A stretch of DNA of 64,000 nt from Oopsacas minuta (taxonomy: Eukaryota; Animalia; Porifera): contig JAKMXF010000325.1 in assembly GCA_024704765.1 (NCBI GenBank), positions 225,171 through 289,170 on the forward strand. The letters run 5' to 3'. A program made the position numbers and the translations under genes. Positions 47,902 through 60,776 of the stretch are shown piece after piece. The notes under the pieces are model-generated. The model ran no database searches and had not been told where the DNA came from. It saw only the letters and a program-made list of their open reading frames with translations. Every line of letters starts with the position of its first letter. The first letter of the stretch is position 1.

Positions 47902-48431
47902 CTAGAAGCAAATATTTTTAATTTGGATAATTACATAAACAAAATTTCTCAGATAAATACAAAATATTCTGCTATATTTACCAGATGATAATTATACAGA
48001 GTGTCAGAGATTAGAAGTCGCAATAGGTTGATATTTTCAAACCCCGAACTATCCCAACCCAGGATTCGCGTGTAGAGCAATCCACCAACCCAGGCCAACT
48101 TGGAAGACCATACGATTTGTAAATATTATGAAAGTAGGCCTAAGGTGTGGACTTGATGTTCATATTATTAAAATGAAGAAGATTATAGAAACTATGATGA
48201 TGGAAATATGGAATAACGTAACCAATTGAAATATGGATTATATAATTAGGGAAAGACAGGACAGGAAGGGAGAATAAATGTATTATATAAATGTTACACC
48301 CTCTCCCTCCTCTCTCTCCTATTAACTTTAGAGAGGTCCATTTTAGTGCACTGGGGACGCCACAAACAAAATTGAGTTTGAACCTAACTCGGAAAAAACC
48401 AAAACCAAAACCAAACACCGTCACGTTATGT

Positions 48432-49130
48432 CCAGCACTGAATTTCAATCTATGTGTTCAGTCCTCTTACTCCTTTAAATGCTGATTGAGTTCCTACCTC
48501 TTGATTAGTCCTACTTCACACTTGTACTTTATAAATCTCTACCTTCTTTTCTACACACTCTCCTTTAGGTGTCGTGCCATGTTCTAGCGATAAGCCACTG
48601 CTCCACATTTAAGTTGACAAGCCAGCCGTATTTCGGACACTCTTCTAGATCGTCAAGGCATAACACAAACTCTGAAATCTTTTTTACAATGCTCACAAGG
48701 TATTTCACGAAAATTACACTTTACACTGACATGTATTTTTCGTTATGACGTGTAACACTATATCACATCCTAGTTTGAATTTCTCATGAATATGACTACA
48801 CAGATGAAGATGGTTCTCACATTCTTCTATTATTCCTTGCCATTCACAGCCCCGTTTTTGTAAGGGACATGAGCATTTGAGTGAGAGGACTGTATTCGGG
48901 CTAGTATATTCATACAGGTCACCTCCCCTGAGTTTCCTACAAAACTCACAAAATTGTTCCCCGCTAGTTGATATACAACCCATCCTCATAATTCCCTTAC
49001 AACGTTTACAAACCAAAAGTACATTTTCTCTCTGTGTCAATTTTTCAGTCAGAATATACCTCGTATAACCTCGGTATTCTCCATCCTCGCCTCTGACACG
49101 ACACAAACCTCTCCTGTCTCAGATACGAGT
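48432..49130 (-). pseudogene. TRAF-type zinc-finger pseudogene 1 (3'-truncated)
   Basis: CRVRGEDGEYRGY, RING-like CKRCKGIMRMGC...GEQFCEFC, CSCPLQKRGCEW and CENHL, followed by decayed TRAF zinc fingers. Homology to copies 2 and 3 stops at 48432 at a MITE-like end. Confidence 0.85.
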
Positions 49131-50134
49131 TGTTTTGAATTATTTTCAACACAATTAGTTGGCATTTCTTACGTTCAATTCACTTCTTTATGTTTAACAT
49201 ACATACACCTATGGCTAGGGGTACCACATGAAATTAGTAACCAGATACATATGTTATTGGCTATATATCTATTGTGTCATATTCTGTGTCACTTATGTTT
49301 AACGAATACAAATGCAATAATAGTAAGAAAACTATCAAATGATTAGTTTAAATCAAGTTGCTGGAGTCAAATTCATTTCAATTTATCAAGAGAAGAGGAC
49401 TGAAAAGAGTCCAAAACGAAGAACGAATCTTGGATTACATTAGGAAACTATTACCCAATTTTGACATATTACAATTATTTTGCGAATTATATGATGGAAT
49501 GGAGATAATGATATATGGATATAGTGATAATTTGGCATGTGATCCCTCCGCTGACATTATTACTACATCCATTCATTATCTTGTATATATACTTTAGTAT
49601 ATAAACTCTCATCTTTTCTTAAAACAACGTAAATGTTATTAATATAAGACAACTGTTATGACAAACTTGTTTCAGTTCAACATGAGAATTGCCTGAGCAT
49701 GCATGCTGGCGGACGGCACATTATCATTATCTCATTATTCAGTGACGTATCAGTGGGAAAATTCGTTCATTCATACAAAATATTAGAATGACAAGGTAAA
49801 TTGAATATGAGAATATGTTAGACGAAGAATAAGTGCGGTGGAGCTGAATCATGTTTTCAACTAACAGAGGTCTAATATATCAACGTCTAGGTGATGGGCT
49901 GATTAACCATAGCTAATAAATACTCTACAATTTCTGTACTTGTGTATGCATTAACAGATCAACTATGATGCTATAAATGTATCCAACATTTGCTAGGCAC
50001 TAAGTATTTGGTTACAAATTTAAGGTTATACTCAAATTATTTACAATCAAGAATTAATTTTTAAGATAATAATATGAAATGACTGAGAAGTCCATTGAAG
50101 AGGCTCCGGAATTATTAATAGACCTAAAACAACC

Positions 50135-51425
50135 ACTCCTACCCGAGATAGGAAGAGAATTGTGTCGAGTCAGAGAGTCGGACGGAAAGGTCCCCGGGAC
50201 TATTCTGACTTAGAAAGGGCAGAGGCCAAGTTTAGCCCCGAACCTTCAAGCTACAACCGGATAGTTCACTCAAGCGAGCAGGGTTCGGAAGAAGGACACA
50301 TAATCCTAATCGATTCCTGTAATATGTTAGGGGGCCTAGGATCACAGGATATACGTCAGATAGAGGGGAAATTCGAGGTTTTAGGCAAGATATCCTAACA
50401 GAAAATTTATCCGAAAGAGAGAGTGCATTATTGTTGTGTAATCATTGTAAAGGAATTATGAGAGAGGCTTGCTTATCAACTAACGGTGAACAATTTTGTA
50501 AGTGTTGTAAACCTGAAAAAAGTTACAACTGGTACTATAGCAATGAACAAACCATCCCGAATACACACGTGGGAACACAGTCCTCTCTCTCAAGTGCTCG
50601 TGTCCTATACAAGAGCGTGGCTGTGAGTGGCTAAGAACACTAGGAAAATGTGAGAACCATCTTGATGTATGTAGTCATGTACATGAGAAATGCAAATTCG
50701 GATGTGAAAAGGTGTTACAACGTGAGGAACTGAAAATTCATATGAAGGAAAAATGTGTACAACGTAAAATACCTTGTAAGCATTGCAAGAAAGATTTCAA
50801 AGCTGTGATATGTTTCAGCACCAGGCAAAATGTCCAAAGGTTCCACTAAAATGTGAAAAAGGATGTGGCACAACAGCGGATCGCGAGAAAATGGTACGAC
50901 GTCTAGAGAAAGATTGTGGTCGTGTGGTAGAGAAATGTAAACTAGACTGTGGAATAGAGCTACCACATGATGAACTCAATATGCGCATGCATGTGAATGA
51001 AAAGTGTAGAGAACGTATGATACCATGTAAATACTGTCACATACATTTCAAAGCTTGTAATAGTCTAACTATATAGAAGTTTGCTCGAAATTTCTACTGG
51101 AATGTGAACTAGGATGTAGTACAGTGGCTTATCGCGAGGATATGGCACGACACCTAGAGGAGGAGTGTGTAGAAAAGAAGGTAGAGTGTCCGTTTATAAA
51201 GTACAAGTGTGAAGTAGGACTAATCAAGAGGAAGGAACTTAATCAGCATTTGAAGGAGAAGAGGACAGAACACACAGAATTGAAACTCAGTGCTATGGGA
51301 GAGATTGTTATGCAACAGAACGAAATGATTAATAAAGATAGCGAATGGATATATGAGCAAACCGAAAATATATCAAAACAGAGCGAAATCATTACTAAAC
51401 AGAATGAAAAGATTTTTGAGAAGAG
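50135..51425 (+). pseudogene. TRAF-type zinc-finger pseudogene 2 (3'-truncated)
   Basis: LCRVR, RGFRQDILTENL, CNHCKGIMREAC..GEQFCKCC, tandem TRAF fingers (CPKVPLKCEKGCG, CKLDCG..CRERMIPCKYC) and ECPFIKYKC plus a coiled coil. Multiple frameshifts. Ends at MITE-derived sequence. Confidence 0.85.
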
Positions 51426-52091
51426 TCATCGGTTAATCAGGTCAGTTGTACAGAAATAAAACCATACATATAGTGTCAATTACTCCGGTTAATCGGGGCA
51501 ACACCGGTATTCCGCTTTATTGGGTAAATAGTTTGTCCCTATGTGACCACTATTAAGCGGAGTCTACTATAATTATCGTAGTCCCTGATAATTATATTGA
51601 CTATCAGATTTGAGGGTTAACCATGTAGCCGCGGCATTGTTTAATGATTAAATGTAATACAATGGAAGTTTCCAAAGTGGGGGTTGGAGTGGGCAGGAGA
51701 CAATTTTGATGAAATAGTATACAAGTAAGAAATTCCAAAAGTGGGGCAGAATCCATTAGAAACCGCTGAATTCATGCATATTAAGGTGGGATGACGAGTG
51801 CCCCATATATAGTAAAACATCCAGGACAAATCTTAATAAAATGATAGTCGTGAAATTCGGATGTCAGAAGTGGGGGATTTCCCAAAACAGGGCAGAGTCT
51901 TGCAAATACAGGCACACAAAATGTGCATTCTTCCAAGTTGCTACTAGCAATAATTATTAATTAATTAATTACAACTATATAACAGGGGCTAAATATGGCT
52001 CTAATAAGTTGCTAAGGTATCCTCATAACAATTTTAATGTAATATCCTTAATTGATTGATAACATATACTGGCAATGAATTCATTATAAAA

Positions 52092-53929
52092 ATGGCAACT
52101 GAATGCGTGAAACATCTCGAACCAGAGATAAGTAAATCTTTGTGTCGAGTCAGAAGACAAAATGGAAATTTGGGTGATTTTAGGACAGATATTTTGGTTG
52201 AAAATATTTCAATGATATGGCTGCCTTGATTTGTAAACTTTGCCAAGGAATCTTAAGAAAGGCATGTTCTTCTGGCTACTAGCGGCGGGCATTTTTGTAA
52301 ATGCTGTAAGAATTCCTGGAACAAGCGCAGCCGAACGCACAAGTGAGGAAATAGTCCACTTACTGAAAAGCTCGTGTCCTTTATACAACAGAGGTTGTGA
52401 ACGGATATGAAAGGTAGGAAAATGTGAGAAGCATCTCAATGTATGTGAGTATGTTTATGAGTAATGCGAAATGGGCTGTGAGATTGCGGTACAACGTCAT
52501 GAGCTCAAAATACATACGAGAGAAAATTGTGTACAACGTGAAATTACATGCGAGTACTGGGATCAAAAATTTCAAAGTGTGTAGTATAGTTTACCATATG
52601 AATCAGTGTAACAAAATGCCACTAACATGTGAACTGAGATGTAGTACAGTAGTGTGTCGCGAGAACATCGCACAACACCTAGAAAATTATTGTCGTGTGG
52701 AAGAGGAATGTAAATTAGGCTGTGGAATAGTGTTAACACACGATAAGCTAAAAATACATGTCAGTGAAAAGTGTAATTATCGAGAAATACTGTGTGAGCA
52801 TTGCCAGAGAGATTTCAAAGTTTATGATATGTCTAACCATTCGGAAGAGTGTCCGAAAATGCCACTAAAGTGTGAACTTAAATGGCAATAGTGAGTCGCG
52901 AGTATATGGCACAACACCTAAACAAAGATTGTGGTCGTGTGATAGAACATTGCAAACTAGGATGTGGAATAGAGCTACCACGTGATGAGCTCGAAATGCA
53001 TGTGAATGATGAGTGTGTACAACGTATGATATCTTGTGAGTATTGTAAGAGAAATTTCAAAGTTTGTGATATGTCTAACCATATGGAAGAATACCCTAAA
53101 ATGTATACTGACATGTGAACTAGTATGTGGCACAGTGGTTTGTCGTGAGGACAGGTCCGACACTTGAAGGAGGAGTGTGTAGAAAGAAGGTAGAGTGTCC
53201 GTTTATAAAGTACAATTGCGAAGTAGGACTAATCAAGAGGAAGGAACTCAATCAGCATTTGGAGGAGAAGAGGACAGAACACACAGAATTGAAACTCAGT
53301 GCTATGGAAGAGATTGTTATGCAACAGAGCGAAATGATTAATAAACAGAACTAATCGATTTCTAAACAGACAACGAGATAAAGAAGAACAACGAACTTAT
53401 ATCGAACAGAAAATGAGTTAAAGGAACAAAAAGAATTTATTATTATACAGAAGAAGAAGATAGATCAACAAAAAGATTTCTATTCTAATCAAAGTACCAT
53501 GATTGAACAAATGTCTCAAAGGTTTACAATTCTATGCCCCGTCACTAAAACCACTAATCTAGAATGGAGAATTGAAGACGTGCGAGGTATATTATAGTTG
53601 AACTCACTACCATCTTATAAAAGTTTCGAAGTTGCTAGTTTTAATTTCGATTTGAGATTTCAAATACTGTCTCAATAAATATGCATTTCCCGCCCCAGGT
53701 AGTCTCAAAAGCTAATAAAATCCAATGGCCATTCAGGGGAAATTTATAATTCGTTGGCTATGTCATATCAAGCCATGTGATACCTGGGAATCCACAAGTA
53801 AATTGATTGAAGTAAACATAAAGATTGTAGTAAAAGGAGTACAGTTGTCAACTTGTTGAAATGCCTGCAAATAATGGAATGTTTATCAGAGATGGTGGCA
53901 TTGATCTTCAAATATCTGTGGTATTATAA
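52092..53929 (+). pseudogene. TRAF-type pseudogene 3 (near full length, with MATH-domain remnant)
   Basis: ATG 52092 MATECVKHLEPEISKSLCRVRR, a RING-like remnant, several TRAF fingers and a coiled coil, then LEWRIED (MATH first strand-like) and terminal DGGIDLQISVVL* at 53927-53929. Many stops and frameshifts. Confidence 0.85.
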
Positions 53930-54406
53930 TAAATGATTTTGTATTTTATTATTTGTTTCTTATCTAATACTTCGGTAAAATATTTTTTCTCAAAATACTA
54001 AATAACTTTAGTCCTACACTTCACATAATCACAACAAATATGTAGATTTACTGCAATAAAAAATTATATTATTTGCATAGAAAATAGAAATCCAGAAATT
54101 TGGATAAAATATCTCGGGAAACAGTTATGGATAAGGTAAGTATGAGAGGTCTCCATTTTTCAGGACTCCAGGGTACATAATTAGATTAATTACACTTTGA
54201 ACAGTGTCCTAATTCTGGTACATATTGTAGTTATCGTTCAATCCATTCCTTACAAACAAATATTGCTAGCCTTGCTTAAAGCCCCTGTGTAAGTGTGGAT
54301 GAATATATTTGATAGTGAAAATACGAGTAGATATATAAATTGTAACTCTATTCTGTCTGCAAAATTTCTATTATACAATCATTACAATGCTAGATTTGCT
54401 ACTAAC

Positions 54407-54696
54407 CTTTTTCTGCATCATCTCTTCGCTCTTTAATCCTACTGATCTCTTTCTCTTTATCAATAGTATCTGTCTTCCTTCGCTTAGGGTCTCTCTCACT
54501 CAAACTATCCTCTCCATTCTCAATAGCTTCTTTAGAATGATTATCGTGATTATTACGGGAACCAGACATTAAGTCTTTAGAGAAAGTGTTAGAGTTTAGA
54601 GAGTTTGGGTTAGAGCGTGATTTGTGAGAATCTTCTGATTTTGAATGTTTTGTGGTGCTTTGTTGGTTTGAGGCATTCTTGCGTTCATCTCTACTG
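54407..54696 (-). CDS. THOC2: THOC2 exon (predicted), absent from the ORF track
   Basis: The acceptor ctctatctag (phase 2) matches the upstream donor. 290 nt open: SSRDERKNAS...SLSERDPKRRKTDTIDKEKE...DDAEK. Donor G|GTTAGT is phase 1. Confidence 0.7.
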
Positions 54697-54958
54697 CTAG
54701 ATAGAGAATGGAAATAATTACTGTATTCCTATTCATAATTATAAAGGGCAAGGAGGGTAGGGGAATAAATCAAATGACATTGAAATGTATCAGAGGTGCT
54801 CGCCTATTAGAATACATTTGTATTGTAAATAATTCCTCAAATAGAAAGTTAGCGCATTAGCAAAGGAAATTCGTGCAAAATACGACTTGCTAATATCTAA
54901 CCCAGCTGTATATAAATAGATTTATTAATTAATTAATGTTAATAATCTATGTATATAT

Positions 54959-55090
54959 ATATTTATTTATGTATATTTATTTATGTATATTTATTTCTGT
55001 ATATTTATTTATTGATGTATATTTATTTATTGATGTATATTTATTTATTGATGTATATTTATTTATTGATGTACATTTATTTATTGATGT
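54959..55090. repeat. AT-rich minisatellite: 3 x 14 bp followed by 5 x 18 bp
   Basis: atatttatttatgt x3 (one variant), then atatttatttattgatgt x5 (one variant). Confidence 0.9.
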
Positions 55091-55095
55091 ATGTC

Positions 55096-55455
55096 CAGTC
55101 AAACTTGTCTATAACGGCCACGGGAGGGACTGGCCAAAAGTAGCTGTTATATACAGGTGGCCGCTATAGGAGGTTGACCGTGGTAAACTAGTTTGATAGT
55201 AACTTTATGTTAACTGTGCTGATATAGAGAAGTTGGCATTTAAGACAAGTGACCAACTGTTAAGATGATACAGTGGAAGTATTTAATGATCGCTGCCCAA
55301 GGGACTTGCCAAAAGTAGACCTTATGGGAGGCCAGTAAGGGGCCAAAATGGTAGCCGCGATAGAGGTCATTATAATGGGAAATCGGAGGGGACTATTTTA
55401 GGTGGCAGCTATGTGCAGGTGATCGTTATACAGAGGTGGCTGTTAGGTTTGACAG
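55096..55455. mobile_element. CAGTCAAAC-type (pogo/Tigger-like) MITE, degenerate
   Basis: Starts cagtcaaacttgtctataacggccac and ends ...ggtttgacag. Repeated internal gttatacagaggtggc motifs. Confidence 0.55.
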
Positions 55456-56885
55456 ATATATATGTTTATATGCCCAGAATTGATGAAGAAACTGGACGAC
55501 CCCCAGGGCTTATTTTTGGCATACAGGGGTATTTTGGGCCTAGCTCGGACAAGTTCGAGTCTTGGACGAAAATTCACACCTATGACGAAATTATGACGTC
55601 ATTGTAACCTTTTTGGATTTTGAAGAACACATTATTAGACACTGCTCACCTAATACGTATACATGATAGAAATTTGAAATTGGAATCACAGGTACTCCTC
55701 AATATGCCACACGTTTTGACGTCATGATTTTGGCCAAATACAAACTCATTATGGGATTATTACGTCATCATGAATATACAAATTTTTTCAGAATTTTTGA
55801 ATATCCCGATGCACGAAGTGCCTAGATTACTAATCAATTTTGATTAGTAATTGAATGTAATCTAAATGGACCATGGATATTAAAATATCAAAATTCTTCT
55901 GAGAATTCGAGGCACGTAGTGCCGAGTATAATACCCGATCGCGTAGCTATCCAATCCATCAAGTAACTTATCTGTTCAATACTTAAGCTAACCTGTAGCA
56001 CTAAACTGTTCCACAGCGACCTAACAAGCGAAGCCCGCTAGTGTTATAGAAAGCAGGACTGGATTCGGTTAACCAGGTAACAGTTATCCGCCGCTACATA
56101 CAGTTGACTGCTATAAGAAAATATGCTCGGTCAACCGATAAGGGTAAATTCTGTTAATTGATTCATCGTTCCTAGGGTCTTGAGATGTACAAAATGATTT
56201 ATAAACGAATTCTTGCAACCCTTAAACTTTTGTAGTCAGGTTCACTATGTAATTGGATGACCCCTTGTTCAATGTGGCTAGGCGAGCTGAGTCAAAATAT
56301 ATGTATACCGACACTGTATTGTGTATACTGTATTTTGACACTAATTGTAGAAGTGTGAAGTTAGCACGGAATTCCTGCAGCCAAATATGAGCGTAATTTA
56401 ACACTTAATAAATCAGTCAATTCCGATCAATTCACCTGAAATTTGCTATGTACCTTAATCTAGCTAATAATTAATCCCTATCACACCTTTTCATACCACA
56501 ATGACGTCGCAAATATTGTGATATAATCTCCATAGGGTATTTTTGTAATGTCATTGTGGTATGGAAGGTGTGATGTAAATTAAGTCTCTATATAGTATTT
56601 GTCTTATGCTATGCATTTCAATTAGTTTTTGATTGAAAAATTCATAAATTTTTGTTTACATAATTGCCTGAAAAATAGCTAATAACAATTTTTCAGTATA
56701 TTATGTTTTAAAATTATGAATAATCCGGATTAGGCGCATAAAATAGAATGGGATCGATATCCGGATTACATACACTTGACTATACAACATAAGGAATGAT
56801 ATCCTAAAATATTCGCGTTGGGATTAGGGCTCGATCAGTAATCCAGAGTTGCTCAGAAGATGGAAGACAGACATGAGTTAAGAAC

Positions 56886-57395
56886 TAGAGCTGTACCGGA
56901 TTAGAGATTTTCTACTCCGACCGGATATCTTGCTAGACTTGTATCAGAGAATATTCAAGATCGAGGTGTATGAATTAGATTATCTGTGGGCGATCGGGCT
57001 TCTTCACGTCTAGGTTTCTGTAACAGTAGATAATTAAGTACACTACACATTGATATTTATCCACTTGTGAATATTTAAGTGACATCATATTTGTGGTATC
57101 GAATACATTATATTATATTTCATTCTTGCTTTCCATATTCCATATGAGGGAAATTTGGTCGTTCTTCTCAATTTCTAAACAATTATCGAAGAAAGACGCA
57201 GCTCTCTTCTCCAAGAAAATGGGGAAAGATTAATATTCATTCAAAAGAACCTCTCATTATATAATTTCAAATATTAGTTATGTGCTCTAGTGCCCTAATT
57301 ACTCATATTCCGTCACGGTAAATTACTTATAAATATCCGGCCGAATCCGGATATCCCGAATATGGCCGGATATTGCCGGATACCGGACAGTTCTA
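56886..57395. mobile_element. hAT-type MITE (510 bp) in THOC2 intron
   Basis: Perfect TSD ttaagaac at 56878-56885 and 57396-57403. TIR tagagctgtaccgg / tagaactgtccgg. ccggat subterminal repeats. Confidence 0.85.
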
Positions 57396-57415
57396 TTAAG
57401 AACTATTCATATTAC

Positions 57416-57618
57416 CTGAGGGGCTTGGTGGATTCCAGTGCATTAGAGACTCTATCATCCTTCTTGTGGTACTCAGCTTCTGACAAGAGATTATTCTTGT
57501 GGTTCTTAAGCTTACCAATATAGGATGAGGCTATAATGAATAGATCATCTCTGTTACCCTTCTCATCGTCTTTAATCTTATCAACTCGCTTCTCAAGTGC
57601 TGCACTCAGATGATGTAC
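57416..57618 (-). CDS. THOC2: THOC2 exon
   Basis: Acceptor atctgtag, then VHHLSAALEKRVDKIKDDEKGNRDDLFIIASSYIGKLKNHK...EYHKKD (THOC2 LExRV..I...EK..RxDL..A..Y.G.LK). Donor AG|GTAAT is phase 2. Confidence 0.88.
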
Positions 57619-57998
57619 CTACAGATTATTATTTTCAATAGTAGTCAGGGTTGCCATGGGAATGGGAATCCCACAAGTTTGACTGTATTTCGATAACTAT
57701 TTAAATTATGTCATAGGACAATGTCAAACACATATATGTATCATATACGAATACACGTATTGAATAACGGATAGTGGATTTCTGATAAGACATACCCCTT
57801 CGGGAAACAAAATTAATATGTACTATACTACGTATCTAAATGTACATCTTAATCTTTGGCGCACTGATTTAGGTGTTAGGAGTGTGCTCCCAAGAACCTG
57901 CATAATGACAAGGCTGGAACTGAACCCGAAGCCACCCAGAACCAAGCAGAAAGCCCGAATCCGATTCCAACTTCTGTTATGAGCTAACTAATGATTAC

Positions 57999-58223
57999 CT
58001 TAGGATACTGAGGTAATAGCTTAGTTAGAATAATCAGAGCATTTCTAATCTGAATATAATCTTTAGATTCCAGACATATAACAAGTGATTTTGTTATTTT
58101 AAAGTGCCACTTGAAGCAGATGTGTCTGAAGTTCTCAAAGTCTAGACAGTTCTTTACATTTTCGTTAGCATCACTGCTAGTCCTGATCATACTCACAAAG
58201 CCGGGAGTATTGGAACATTCTCT
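57999..58223 (-). CDS. THOC2: THOC2 exon
   Basis: Acceptor tgtatag, then RECSNTPGF...LDFENFRHICFKWHFKITKSLVICLESKDYIQIRNALIILTKLLPQYPK. Donor GTAATC. Phases 0/0. Confidence 0.93.
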
Positions 58224-60187
58224 CTATACAATTACAAATATTGGATTTTGTTAGATATAAATCCTATGACTATGTTAAAACACTATGTAGTGGTGTTTAT
58301 TTTTGGACCAGGGGTGTGGGCCGTCGACCCCCCCATTTCTTTCCTGGGTGCCGTTTTCATGAGGTTTTCTAAGGACTTGAATAGGAGGCCCCCCCCAACT
58401 TCTATTTTTGGCAAACACCACTGCCACTATTTATACCAAAAGAACGCTCAATTGATGAATAAACAGGGCTAAAGGCTATTAGTCCCATGAAAGTTCACAT
58501 AGGATATATATTACAATCAGGGAAGCTTATTGTGAACCCTCAAAGCCAGTCAAAGGACAAAAGTCTTGTTCGTAATAAAGAGACCTCAAATTAAGGAACT
58601 GTAGTTAATACTCGTCTTATGGGAACGATTTTATTCGGGCCACTGGCCTGGTTCAAATTGGAGGATGTTCATAATAAACGACCCCTGACTGTTTATTGGG
58701 TTAGCTTATTATGAAGTTATGAACACAATTTTGGTTTCATGAATGTTCATAAGAGTCCTGACTATACCTTACAAAGTTGAAGTTTGTATATTTGAATTAG
58801 AGACTTATGAGTCACTTATCCTTCAACAAATACCTAATTTGAAGATACAACACGCTAGATATTATTATATATAATAGGGCTTTTAGAAATAGAATCATTT
58901 TAGTATGTGGTCGTTAGTCGTTACACACTTTTACTCCTTGTACCTATGAAAATGTCTGAAGCACTCTTAACAGCAAGTAGTTTGGCCAATACAGTGGCGG
59001 ATTTAGAGTGAGGGGTGCAATTGCTCCCCTCCTTTCCTAGGAATAGATGTCCAAAATACTCTTTGAAATTATGTGGATTTGTTTATAATGATTTATTACA
59101 GTATACGCATATTCGTATACGCTATTGGCTATTGTAATTTGGTTCTAAGTATACAAATTACTCTACTTAATCGGGGCTACTGGTGAAATAATTGGGTACT
59201 CGATTAATTGCGACCAAAATTGGAAAAATGAGTGACTTCTATGAGGAGTCAACTCTACTATATATTCACTCTTGTATACAATCACATAGTTTATTATACG
59301 TATATTATTAGAGCTAAAATTGTTGTTGCAGATGTGTTACAAATAGCATAGATGGATATTTGGGATTGAAATTTTTTACAAGGGATAAACCCCCCAGACA
59401 GGGGCATCCCTGGGAGGTCAGTCCCCCATCTTTGAACATGTAACATTCTTACTCCTACAGGTTCAATTGTGTCAGATATGTATGTAAAGGATCATTAACC
59501 CACCAAGTATATTATTACACCATTATTGTTCAAGTCTCCATATGAGTCCTCATGCTTGTTCTTTGAATTCCCTCACATTGATAATTCTGCTGAACATTTC
59601 TAGAGAGGTCGAACCTAAAAATTTTCGAACGATCGCTACGTTCGCTCGTATTATTTAATGAAGTAGACATTATTTGAGAAGCATGGGAAAGTAGAAAAAA
59701 TTCCTGTCAAATTATGCCCTGTGCTCAGGAATAATTAAAGTTATTTTCGTGTAATATTTGCACGCAATGATCATGAATTTAGGGTTATGAATGTAGGATA
59801 CAGTGGTACAATATATATTGATAGAAAGATTCATGGACGGTTAGCTGGTATTATCGCTATTCAGTGCACAATTGCGACACTGAATAATTGCCGGGAACAA
59901 TTAGATAATGAAGGCATACTTCCAACTCTTGCCATTCAAATCCCTGAATGCATGGAAAATATTCCTACATTTCTCGAGTTCTTGAACCTCTAAATATTTG
60001 GTTGCTCGCTAAGCTCGTTCGTATTTGTATTTTTGGTCTTTGAAATTGATATAAAAGACAAAAACAGTCATTATGAAATATCCAATCACCCCCACCACCT
60101 ACATACAATCGCTCGCTTCGTTTGATATTTGCCCCCTCCTGTGGACTTGTGCTATGTAGCTATCATTGATAAATTATTTGTCCCAAA

Positions 60188-60695
60188 CAGGGCCGACGAC
60201 AGGGGGGGGGTAGCTTGGGTAAAACCGGGGGACCCGGGTCGGTATGTGAAAGTTTCTTTAGGATTTAAGATATTCCTTGCGTCTTGTATGTACATGTAAG
60301 CTTGTATCACGATATAAATTCCTTTGTTTCACTAATAGAATAATTGCTTTTATCAATATAACACTTAGCAAACAAAGGATTCGCGATTCTGTCATTAGTA
60401 GTTATCATTAATTTATTCCATTGTTTGAAACCTAATTATTCATTTATTTCCTTCAACACTATAAAATATGGAATTATAGAAATTGCTCTATTTCAATTAT
60501 TAAATATTTCAATTTAAAGTCTATGTCCTACGTACATAAATTTACTCAAATTTCAGGATAAGTTTCTAGTTGCAATATATTTTTGTCTAAGGTCACAGGT
60601 ATTACAAAAAATTGAATTATTGTCAGAGCTAGGGTGATGGAGGGGCCCGGCCAGAAATCTTGCTAGGGGGCCCGTAAATTCTGTCGCCGGCCCTG
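60188..60695. mobile_element. hAT-type MITE (508 bp) in THOC2 intron
   Basis: Perfect TSD gtcccaaa at 60180-60187 and 60696-60703. TIR cagggccg(a/g)cgacag. Confidence 0.9.
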
Positions 60696-60776
60696 GTCCC
60701 AAATGAGAATATTAGGTGTATGTATTTGTTACGCACACACTTATTTAAATATTATATCAACAATATTGTAACATAC

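Noticed and set aside
54387-54572. Plus-strand hydrophobic ORF
   Set aside because: Antisense to the K/R/E/D-rich THOC2 exon 54407-54696.
54936-55169. ORFs with (IDVYLF)n and (LLMYIY)n repeats
   Set aside because: Translations of the AT-rich minisatellite.
56940-57017. KPRREEARSPTDNLIHTPRS* as a constitutive THOC2 last exon
   Set aside because: It needs phase 0 but the upstream donor is phase 2, and it lies inside a TSD-flanked MITE. A phase-compatible exon exists at 54407-54696.
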